Source: Veleropilina oligotropha
Lineage: Eukaryota
Length of the DNA stretch: 64,000 nt
Reading direction: 5' to 3'
NCBI GenBank assembly: GCA_048128005.1
Contig: JBEUKZ010000060.1
Span: 186,001-250,000, forward strand
Of this stretch, positions 14,701 to 26,700 are shown piece after piece (the stretch's first letter is position 1; each line of letters begins with the position of its first letter). The position numbers and the translations under genes are program-made. The notes beneath the pieces were generated by a model. That model searched no databases. It was not told the DNA's origin and worked only from the letters and a program-made list of their open reading frames with translations.

Positions 14701-17700
14701 TTGCTAGCTATAGAGACATACTACGTATTGACACTGCTTTAGCTAAGGTAACCTTGCAAAGTATGGACCAGGACACGGGGTCAGTTGTTCCCCCCAATTT
14801 GGTGCCTGGTGTATTCATCCACTTTTCAGCAGATAACATAGATATCAACGATTTCACCGTGGATGGAAAAAACACCTTCCATGCAACACAAGTTGCAGCA
14901 TGGCAGAGGGGACCTATTGGGGGGCCTGCTCTTGATACCGTTCTGGCAGACACTAGGCCATCTGATAAAGTCACACTTGAAGTACCCAAAGCGTTGGAGA
15001 CAATTATTCCTGTAAACTTCACCAGTGGCTCAACAGAACCCAAGATGACAAATGTGAATGCACATTGGTTTAAGAAGTTTTGTTGATGTACCCAAATCAC
15101 AGGCATCAGCATCAGACCTAGCCTTCTTATTGGTGCGCCAAAACCAGGATCCTAAGCTATCCTGGACCGCATCCAATGAAAGGCACAGTAAAGTAGCCCC
15201 TCCAAAAACCACTGTTGGGTATATGCCAATTATTCAGGCACCTGTTCATGAATTGTCAACATTGAATACTGTGGCCAGAAGAGTTATTCAGCTCTGCGAG
15301 GACATATTGAAAGAGCCCATTAACAGACCCTGATCTGGAGACAATCCGACAATTCCAAACCTGATGTGCCACCATCGACAGACTTTGGGTGGAAAGTGGA
15401 TACCTTGTTGCCAAGCTCTCAACATTACCACCTGTGCCAAAGGCATGTACAGACATTGTCCAGTGTAAGTGCAACAAGGGGTGCACTACACTGAGCTGTT
15501 CCTGTCGAAAGGGGAAACTAATTTGCTCCTGTGCAGTTTAGACTACTGCACAGGAGCCTGCAAATGTGCAGATGATGAGAGAGTTTGCATCAACAAGCCT
15601 GTCTAAATGCATGTTTAATGCAAGTTTTTCGATCATTCGAAATATAACTTTAAGTGTTAATGTATGTATGCCTACAAATTCATTGTCAGACTTCTGGGGC
15701 TACTTATCATATTGTCATTTTTGGTTCAATATTAGACAACGTAGTAAACATCAACAAACAATTAATGGATTCAAACCATTCCTAGCCAAAATATAATTTG
15801 GCATTTTGTTGTCGACTTTATGTGGGGGATAAGGGGTGGGGGGGGGGGGGGGTGGTGACGGATGGGATCCGTCTGAAACATCACAATCCTGACCAATGAA
15901 TCACACTTTAGAATAGATACCTTAGCAATGTTCAGCAAAATAAACTAGACATGCATATTCAATGGTCATTTTGCAAATACATGTAGGTCAAACGTTGACC
16001 AAGTTTTGACCCATTCTGATGCCAACCAACATTACATTTCCATTGGAAATAGTCAAAAAGATATTGGAAACAGTGTCTACTGTTATTCCCAGCAAAGTTA
16101 ATGGCCACTGAAATGTATCAGTGAACTTGTGATAATTTTGTGGAATGTTGAGTAATAAAGGAGATATGAGCTATTTTATGATAAATATGCTTCACATTTT
16201 CTATTTAATTGTCAAATACAATGCTTACCACACCCCTAACGGTCAGTAATTTTAATGGACTCTTTCAATATCCCATTAGGCCTTGTGATTATGTACATTT
16301 TTGGTCAAATATAGTAAATGACCTAGTTATTGAACTTTGACCTAGATTTCTGACCTAATTAGGCAAAATTGAGATGTCCAAACAAAATATTCATAATCTG
16401 CATGCAAAACCACTCTAGAAAATGTTGTTTGGCCCCTTTTCCTCAAAAATGCCTACTGGACTTTTTCCAGGCACATTTCTGGATATTTGTTCCAGTCTAC
16501 TAGCCTCGTGCCTGTTTTCTCTATGGTTGATTTTCACACAATATCGGAATACAGAATTAACGGATATAATTAATTTTTGGTGGGTAGATATGTTGAAGAA
16601 TAAGGTGCACGTCAATTGATTATGTTGAACTTATAGCCTTGGTTTAATTGATTTTATTTGTGTTAGCACGATATCCCAGATGGTCGGCTGAGGACTTGTC
16701 ATATTTTGATTAATGGCAACTACCTGTATCCATATTAAGAATGTGCATTATAATTTGGTTTGTTCCGTTTTTGTTGGCGTTACATTCACAATTCTGTTTT
16801 CAGGAATATGATGAAAAGGAGACGGAACTGGAAGACAAACAATCTACTAAACTGAATAACAATTGCCAAGCTCTTCATTTAAAAGAGAGGCCAATAGCAC
16901 AGACCGCCTCCCCTCTCACCCAGGAGATCCTTAAGGTCCACACCAAGATCCAAGAGAGGATATACATGGCACGGGCTAGCGAGTACAATGACTTCACTCA
17001 GCAGAAACAGGAACCATCATGCAACAGTCGATCGAAGAAGCGCAAGTGTTCTCACAACCCAGCAGATAAGCACGAACAACCGAAGAAAGTAAAACAGGGT
17101 CAGCAGTCAGCATCTGACAACAGGTCAGAGAGCGACCGGAATCGTTTGCACAGATGTGAAAACAATTGGAATATTTGTCGTGAGTCTGTGCCAGATGGAG
17201 TCAGATCTTCTGAATTTCAGCCCCCTGTCTGCAGCAGCCATCCCCAGGCAGGAGGCACTCGGTATTGCGACAATTCACAGTCCGGATATTCATCTGCCAT
17301 GCCCCTGAAAAACTGCAGCTATGGGACGAAGGAATCGTATAATGATAACTTGCAACAGCAGCAGAATTCTTCGACTGGTAAGTTTGCATATCAAAATCTA
17401 GCTAACAGTGTGTATAAAGTGTATGAAATATGATAAAAAGGTATAAGCTAAAGGCGCAGGTTAATAATCTTGTTCTTCCTGAAGATCACATGACTTTACA
17501 ATTACATCAATGATTATTGGCCTGCTTCATACGAGATTTCATCTCGACTCACATATGCTTAACACAGGTCAAGTGATACAAAATGGAGTTATACCTAGTG
17601 CGCTCTTTGATTTTGGAGTGATACCTAGTGCCAAAGACTACACAGGTGATGCCTTGGTTGGCTGGTGGTGTGATTGATATGTATGGGATAAACTACTGGA

Positions 17701-20700
17701 TAGCGTTGAATAGTTCAGAGAAAACACTCCTGTCGAGGGCCTTGAGGCCCGAGACAGGAGTGTTTTCTCTGAACTATTCAACGCTATCCAGTAGTTTATG
17801 TCACTTAAAACATTTCACCATTGAACAATAGCCTCATTCCCAACCAGGTACCTCTATTGTAGTTAATTGGAGTGGAATAGTTGAATAGGGTCTTTAATTG
17901 GATGGATTAGTTCAATGGGAGTCCTTTATTGGTGTGTATTTGTTGAATGCCCATAAAAGAAACCACTGCTGCGCCAAGAAAGCTTTGTTCTTCGATTGAA
18001 TAGGCAGAATAAACAACTGCCCAGAACAATAGATGACGTCACAGAAATGTTTTAAGTATGGGATAAACTACTGGATAGCGTTGAATAGTTCAGTGAAAAC
18101 ACTCCTGTCGAGGGCCGTGAGGGCCAAGACAGGAGTGTTTTCTCTGAACTATTCAACGCTATCCAGTAGTTTATGTCACTTAAAACATTTCACCATTGAA
18201 CAATAGCCTCATTCCCAACCAGGTACCTCTATTGTAGTTAATTGGAGTGGTATAGTTGAATAGGGTCTTTAATTGGATGGATTAGTTCAATGGGAGTCCT
18301 TTATTGGTGTGTATTTGTTGAATGCCCATAAAAGAAACCACTGCTGCGCCAAGAAAGCTTTGTTCTTCGATTGAATAGGCAGAATAAACAACTGCCCAGA
18401 ACAATAGATGTCACAGAAATGTTTTAAGTATTGTTTCTGTCTTTCTAGGCCCAGCCTGGATGCAGCCCGTGCTGACTGGATATTTTCACCCAATGACGGG
18501 ATGTTTTCAACCTGTGGCTCCGCAGATGTGTATGCAATCAGCTCCTGCTACCCCAGATGCAAGGGTCACAAACAGACAGGTATTAAAATCAATCAGAACC
18601 TAGCATTAACCAATTGTTGGGGGTAACAGAGACACAAGTAAGAACAGAGCCATGCAACGGACCCGAAACTTGATGTGTGTATGCGCTGGGACTACTATAA
18701 GAGGGACTGGAAGCTCTGGCCAATTAGCCGAATCGCCATCAATAATGTGGTACTCGCTATTGTTCTCGTGTTTACCGCACTGCGCATGTGCGTAGTGGGC
18801 TTTGGCTTTGTGACAAGACTATTTATCCCCAATTAGGACCAATGCGGTAAATTATAACAGTTTGAATTCACAAAATACCTATTAAACACGAAATTCGATT
18901 AACACCACATATGATAACGATTTTATTTTTTTAATTATTTTAATTTGTACGGTATTCAAACTAAATATATTGCATAATTATTTATAATAAATAAAATTCA
19001 ATTCAACCAATTATTGAAAGCGATCTATGTTAATCGTTAAATAAATTGATTGGGCAATTAAAATATAAATAAGTTCTAATGAATTTATCTTTATCTTTTC
19101 AATGAAAATATGAAAAATAGGGACGTTTGGAAGTATTTCAATGAACTTAATAATAAGCAGGCCCCATCGTTACCATCGGAATTAAACTATGACAGCATTA
19201 AATCAACTACAACACAAGATATTGCAGATACCTTCAATAAATACTTCTGTGAACTTTCAGACAATCTAAGCACCCATATTGGTAGCTTTAACAGCAACAG
19301 TTTATATGAATATATAAAGGAAAAAACCAATGGAAAAGTACCTTATAAATTGTGCTATATAACTGAACTTGAAGTGTATGAAAGTTTGCAAAATTTAAAT
19401 GTTAATAAATCTGCTGGAATTGATAAAATTGGACCCAAATTGATCAAACTTGCCTCTCCAATAATCACAAAGTCATTGTGTCATATAATTAACACAAGTA
19501 TTAAGAATAACACATATCCAGACCTCTTAAAATGTGCTAAAGTTACTCCCATCCACAAAAGTGGCTCAAAAACTGACCCGGGAAACTACAGACCAATATC
19601 AGTTCTGCCAGTTATTTCAAAATTGATTGAAAAGCATGTCGCTAATTCAATTCATGCTTACTTGAATGAAAATAACCTGCTGCACAAGGAACAGTCTGGT
19701 TTTCGAAAATCCCACTCATGCCAAACGGCCCTAACTAAACTAACGGATACATGGATTAGTGAGATTAATAAAGGAAATATTACAGGTGTAGTCTACCTCG
19801 ACTTTAAAAAAGCATTTGATTTGGTAGATCATAATGTTCTTATTTCTAAATTAAAATGTTATAACTTTGATGAGAATGCCGTAGCATGGATTAGGTCTTA
19901 TCTCACTAACAGAAGACAGGAAGTTTGCATTGGCAACACATTTTCCGCTCCTGGCAAAATAAAATCCGGAGTACCACAAGGATCAGTCATTGGTCCATTA
20001 CTTTTCTTAATATTTATAAACGACCTACCTTTTGCTATTGAACATTCTAATATGGATCTATTTGCTGATGACAGCACATTACATACTTCTCATCCACAAA
20101 TTGAACAAATTCAAATAGATTTATCAGAAGATTTAAAAAATATTGAAGAATGGTGTGTTAATAATAAAATGCATCTAAATGAAGTTAAGACCAAATGCAT
20201 GTTAATGACAACTGCACAAAAGGCTAGGCATTTGGATAATATACATCTTGAATTAAATATTAAGTCTATATCAATTAATAATGTATCTGATCACAAACTT
20301 CTTGGTGTCCATGTTGACAAATTTCTACGGTGGGATGTACAAATTGACAAAGTCTGTAAATCACTAAGTTCAAAAATAGCCCTCTTATCACGAATCAAAC
20401 AATATCTCCGTCATCAATCTAGAGTTCTCTATTTCAATGCATACATCCAACCAATTTTTGACTATTGCCTAACTATATGGGGACATTGTTCAAACAAAGA
20501 TATGGATCGACTTATAAAATTGCAAAAGCGAGCAGCACGCATCATTCTTGACAAACCATATGATGCTCATTCTGAGCCACTATTCAAAGAATTACAGTGG
20601 TTAAGAATAGATATAAGAATGCAATATCAGACAGCAATTTTAGTCTATAAATGTATAAACAGAATTGCTCCATTATATCTTCAGGAACTTTTCAAAGGCA

Positions 20701-23700
20701 TCCAATCAAACTATGTTTTGCGTTCAGTTGAAAGTGGAAATGTTTTATTACCTAAACCAAATTTAGAAATGTTCAAAAATAGTTTTCAGTACTCTGGTGC
20801 TGTCATTTGGAACAATTTACCTGGTCTTATAAAGTCATCAAAAAATCTCAACATATTTAAAGCCAAATGTCTTGATCATCTGAATAACAAATAAATGTAT
20901 ATCATGCCTTTGAAAAGATCTGCAATAAGTAATCCTTGATATTAAATTTGTTATTACTATGCAAACATACCATATGTTGTATGCTTTTGTACACTTTATT
21001 TCCTTTTCTGTATATATATATGTAAATAGTAATTATCAGCCTATAATAGTATAGATATATTGAAGGCCTCAAGGGAGAATAGTTCATAACTAATTGTGTA
21101 ACCTTCATAAAATAAAGTATTTATTATTATTTATTATTATTATATAAATGGCCCCAACTACTTTTCTAATGGTTATCAAAACAAACGTTTATATTCAATA
21201 GAGACTATAAAGGTAGCCACTAATTGCATTTCATTCTATGTTTTGCTTTACATGTTATTATAATGTACAAGCGGTCCGTAATTTGTCTGCTCAGTAACAA
21301 TGGGGACAACTTAAAGTTGGCACTATAATGAAGTATTATTGAAACGGACCATGTTACAAGTTAGACACCTTTGATAAGCTATTTTAAGACGTAAATAATT
21401 GAATTAAATCTTCGTTTTATTTCCCTGTACAATAGCCGAGTCGATGTAATCGTGTGTAAATTAGAAAAAAAGGTGAAAATATTCCATAATAAAATGCAAC
21501 AAATAAAGAAGAGAGTCCATCACAAAATGAATATCAACGCTTGACATATTTAAGAAAATTGGTCGTTTTAAAATGCAAATATGTGCTATAAATCTTCGTT
21601 ATATTTCACTACGCAATAGATGAGTTCAAGCAATTGAATGCAAATAAAAAGATGGTGCAAATATCAAAAAGTATAATGTAACAGCTGGCGAGGAGAAGAA
21701 GTTGCAAAATCGAGTACTTTGCACTGTGAAAATATTAACGCTGAACATATTCAGGAAATATCGTCATTTTTAAATGCAATTATATAATATAAATCTTCGT
21801 CAAATTTCACTTCACAATAGAAGAGTCGAAGCAATAGGATACAAATACAATGATGGGCAAGATATTCAAAAGTAAAATGTAGCAGCTGACGAGGAGAAGA
21901 GGTTGAAAAATGTACTATTTTCCATTCGAAAGCTTTCTCATCGACGCCATTTCGATTCGAAAATAGTCTAGTCACAAAGCCAAAGCCCACTACGCACATG
22001 CGCAGTGCGGTAAACACGAGAACAATAGCGAGTACCACATTATTGATGGCGAGTCGGCTAATTGGCCAGAGCTTCCAGTCCCTCTTATAGTAGTCCCAGG
22101 TATGCGTCATAACCAAAAGGTGTGTCTGTTACCAATAATAGGTCACTGTGACAGCCTGTTCATGTGTCAAGCGATTTTGTGGGGGCATATGATCACTCCT
22201 GTGACATCTCTAGTTGATGTTACATGCAGAGAGATGAACACAATCAAGGGAGATTACTCTCTCCCTGCTACTAAGGGAGCGATGGTATATTTTTGCAGTA
22301 ACTATCCATAAATAATTTGGTTAAAGTTTCTCAATCATGTTATATGTTAGATATAACTACTGTACGATTGTACGTATTGTGACTTAATCGTACATAAGCA
22401 GCAATAATATTGACGGTCATTTAATTTAAATTTTACCCCGAAATGAAACTTTTTGAAATGAAGTTGTCCATAAACTTTGGTAAGTTTTTCAATGAGTGTA
22501 TATGGGTTGCTTCAGATAATGTTATTCATGCATATGCTTTGGTGTTGGCTATATTGATACTATCTTATAGTATACGCTGGCAATATTTAATATAATTAAT
22601 ATGTTAAATTGGTGCTTTTATATAGATATTTTGTTAATTAAATGTTATTCACTGAGTGTTTTTGGATATATATATTGATTCCCTATGATGGTATGTAAAT
22701 ATAAAAGGTAATGCCCTTTTAGCTCCGCTGTGATGTAGTCAGCGGAGCTTTACTGATACCGCTTTGTCCGGCGTACGTTCGTCCGGCATCCATCCTGCAT
22801 CAACTTTTGACTTTAATGTGAATATCTTGAAAACTGTCTGATAACTTCTTTTTAGCTCCGCTATGACATAGTCAGCGGAGCTTTACTGATACCGCTTTGT
22901 CCGGCGTACATCCGTCCGGCGTCAACTTTTGACTTGAAATGTGAATGTCTTGAAAACTGTCTGATAACTTTTTTTCTAATTTGGCATGAGCCTTCCTTAT
23001 GATGTTCTGAATATACCTTGAAAGTATTAGAAAATTCTACATCTCGGATTTTCCGAAATTTACCTTTTTGGACTTAGAAAATCCACTTCTGTGACAAGTT
23101 TTGACTTCAAATGTGAATATCTCCGAAACTGTTTGATAACTTTTTTTACTTTCGCATGAGTCTTCCTTATGATGTTCTGAACATTTCTTGAATATATTAG
23201 AAAATTCTGTCTCGGTTTTTCCGAAATTCACCGTTTTGGACTTAGGAAATCTGCTGTAATCGCTCTAGACATGTCATTTCTTAACGGAATGCTTTCAAAT
23301 TTGGTATGTGCATTGGTTGGGGTGAGGACACGACACCTATAGATTTGGGTGTGATCCGACCTCCAAGATGGCCGCCACGGCCACCATATTTACCTTTTTG
23401 GACTTAGAAAATCTGCTGTCATTGTTCTAGACAGGTCATTTCTTAACGGAATGCTTTCAAAGAGGACACGACACATATTTTGGGTGTGGGCCGACATCCA
23501 AGATGGTCGCCGCCGAGAGATTTCTCGCGATCGCTCTAGACAGGCCATTTCTTAAAGAAATGTGACTGAGCGTTCTAGTGTGACATGAGCTTTTAATTTA
23601 TTTATGATCATTAATGTTGTAAACATAGCCTGCAAAAATTGGAAATCTGTTTCTCTAAAATTTACTAACCAGTGTTGGTTGTGTTAAACCCACCGGATTT

Positions 23701-26700
23701 AAGTGTATATATTTCATGTAAAATTAGGCATCTCTTAAATTTTATTTTGAACTGACATTATACATCCAATGCCTATTTGCAGTATATAACAACATTGTTT
23801 GTGTTTGTTACTCACATTTCTATCACTGTGTAAAATGTTTTGTATCAGTTTGAGTATGCATATATAACATTATAAGTATGCATATACAATAGATCTTTAT
23901 TGTAGCATTTCTTTATTACAATCGGCTCCGTCTGTATGTATGTATGTATGTATGTATGTCCATTAGCATAACTCGAAAACAATTGATCCGATATACATGG
24001 TAGGGTTTCTCCCTAGCTCGGTCCTCCTCGAAGATTGGCCGGATTGTATTCCGGGTTCGGATTTTATGATGCAATATCCGGTTTACAGGTTTTCGGCGGT
24101 AGCGTTAAAACGCTTCATCGTACAAACTTCAAAATAGGCTTAAAATGTTCTTTAGATGAGGGCCGCTTCGGTAGCGCAGTCGGTAGAGTGTCCACTCTAA
24201 ATTCACTGGCTTGTTTCCGCTGACGCGAACAGTAGTGGGATCGACCCCCGGCTGAGGCACACATTTGTTCAAGTTATGAAGCACAGTTGTCCGTGACTGG
24301 CCGAAGAGGGTGGGTTTACCCGGCGACCGGGGTTTCCTCCCGCGATAACACGGACATGTCCTGCCTTGAACCTCGATGTTATAAATATACAGGACATTAA
24401 GCATAATTCCTCCTCCTCTTTAGATGAGGGGCCAATGACAACATGAATTATATAGAATCTACCTCACACAAGATGGCCACCAGGGTGATTTAAAATTTCA
24501 AAAATAAGGGGTCAACTTCTAATTTTACCAAATGGAAATAAATTATGTAAATTCGTTCTGAAAATCATTACCATGATGAAATTATATTGATATCACCAAA
24601 AATATTTAGAAAATAATGTGAAATGTGAACTTTATAAGCATTTTAGAAATCATCCAAAGCAAATTGCAAATAAATGCCGTAAATCTGTAACACTGAAACC
24701 AGACTCCTCAAATTTTACCAAGTGTCAGAGTGGGACATTATCTACAACTCTTATCGATATACTTTGTGTTTGAACGAATTTGTAGCAATAATTTTTGTTC
24801 CGAAGTCAAAATCGTTGAGATGTTGCGATATATGTGATACCTCTTTAAATACTACTAACGCCGTGATATAATTTACACCATTAACTGTTTCGTGACATAG
24901 CCGGTCATATGTGACCGCACATTTTGAATAGCCTATTTATAGACGTTTCCATGCTATATGGCAGTTAAATTTTGAATGGGCCTATCAGGGGACCGTACTT
25001 ATTTATAATTGCGACAGACAATGACGCCATTTGCAATATTTTGTTCGCTGGGAAACTAATATCGGTGGTATAATATTTCGACAGAGCATTATGTGTGCAC
25101 CAAGGGAACAGCACAGTGGGTAGAAAGTCATAAAAATTACTTCACAGTAACGTTTCAGCAGCTCAGTTTATATATTGAAGCCAGCGGCGTATCTGGTCAT
25201 GAAAGTCAAATACGGTACGGTGTACAGAACCATTACAGCTGATTAGCGATATCAAGAGGGGGCGTGGCCGAAAGGAGATAATTTGGCAGACTTGAATATA
25301 TAATGTAACGTTGATTTTACCACAGTAAGTAATAACTACGTAATTTATTATCTAATATATTATTTGGAAATAAGTGTTTGTAAAGCCTAATACGAATATA
25401 ATAGTTAGAAAATAAAATAAAAGACAACTTATAACAAACAGTTGATGACTTTTCTTGCACACGTTCATATGAATATGGAAATATGATTGCTTGATTGCAA
25501 CATGTTTTTTGTTGATTTGATAACATTATTGTATGAAGTCATGAATGTTTTTTGTGTGTAAATATCTGTATATTATTAATTATATCTTATGCATTTTATT
25601 TATTATTTATTTATCTTTTTCAGTGCTATTCGGATAATCTGGAATCTGTGAAGCCGCCTCGGATTGTCGTGTTCCATTCACTTCATGACGCAGACGCCAG
25701 CTAGGGAGTGGTCAACTCAGTCCGAAATGAAAGAGATTTCATCAAATGATATTATACCAAAAGAAGATACACCATTAATTGACAATACCGGTCCTTCTCG
25801 CGTTATTCGTTTCATCATGACCCCAGCTGTTTTTTTCATATTTTTTGATTTCATTTTCTTATTTTATCAATATTGTATACCTACAATAAACATGACCAAA
25901 TTATATAATAATAAATAACCATTATCATCATCTGAAAGCTTATTCTTTTCTGAATCCTCTGATATATGGCTTGATATGTTTTTGAGTGATATTAAAGATA
26001 ATATAGACAATTTACAATCTATACATGGCCGCCAATACGTTTTCTCGGAATTAATTTAGTCGCTAAAGAATTAAGCAATGTTACCGTAATCTATCTTTCT
26101 TGAAAATTTCGGGTATATTGCTTTAGTAACTATTGAGTTATTGCGAGTTAAGTATTGTCAACTTAGACAAAATTTCCAATTACAAAATTCTAACACCAAA
26201 CATAATAGACTGTCTGGACAGCGCAAACGGTTAAGGTGTTGGCGAGAGATCTAGAGGTCAGGGGTTCGACTCCCGTTACGTTCAATTTTTTTATTTCTTT
26301 TATTTAAATTTTGTTATTCCTTATTTTTTTTGTAATTTTTGATTACATTTTATGATTGTACATGTAATTCATGTTTAGAAATATTGATCGTAGACATTTC
26401 TGACTTTCACCATCATCTTCCTTCGCCCCCCCCCCCCCCGTAGCGAGGGTTTGCAATCTCCTCTGATTGCTCTTGTTGTATAATGTTCATAGTGGCAGTT
26501 CCAAGGCTTGTGTGTAATGTAATTATTGTATACTACTGCATGTTGCATTGTCTGTGAGTCAACTCTGTTGACAAGGGTCAAAGGTTATTTGCAGTCGCAG
26601 AGTGATTGAGGTGTGGACTACTCGGAATTACTAACTCTACTGTCATATCCATTCTCTATACTGAGTTGTCCAGCTGTTTTAAGTCAAGGTGAATGTACGA

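Larger units (their letters stand above)
18686..22099. mobile_element. Non-autonomous DNA transposon with ~137-bp TIRs and 7-bp TSD, carrying a LINE insertion
   Basis: ctgggactactataagagggactgg... matches the reverse complement of 21961-22099; TSD gtatgcg at 18679-18685 and 22100-22106. Confidence 0.85.

Noticed and set aside
25624..25918. Additional per exon after a strong tttttcag acceptor
   Set aside because: The phase-0 reading hits TAG before a good donor, and 18579 joins 29857 in frame without it.
24881..26234. piggyBac-like element bounded by TTAA
   Set aside because: The inverted match is only a few bases and the right end overlaps a tRNA-like remnant.
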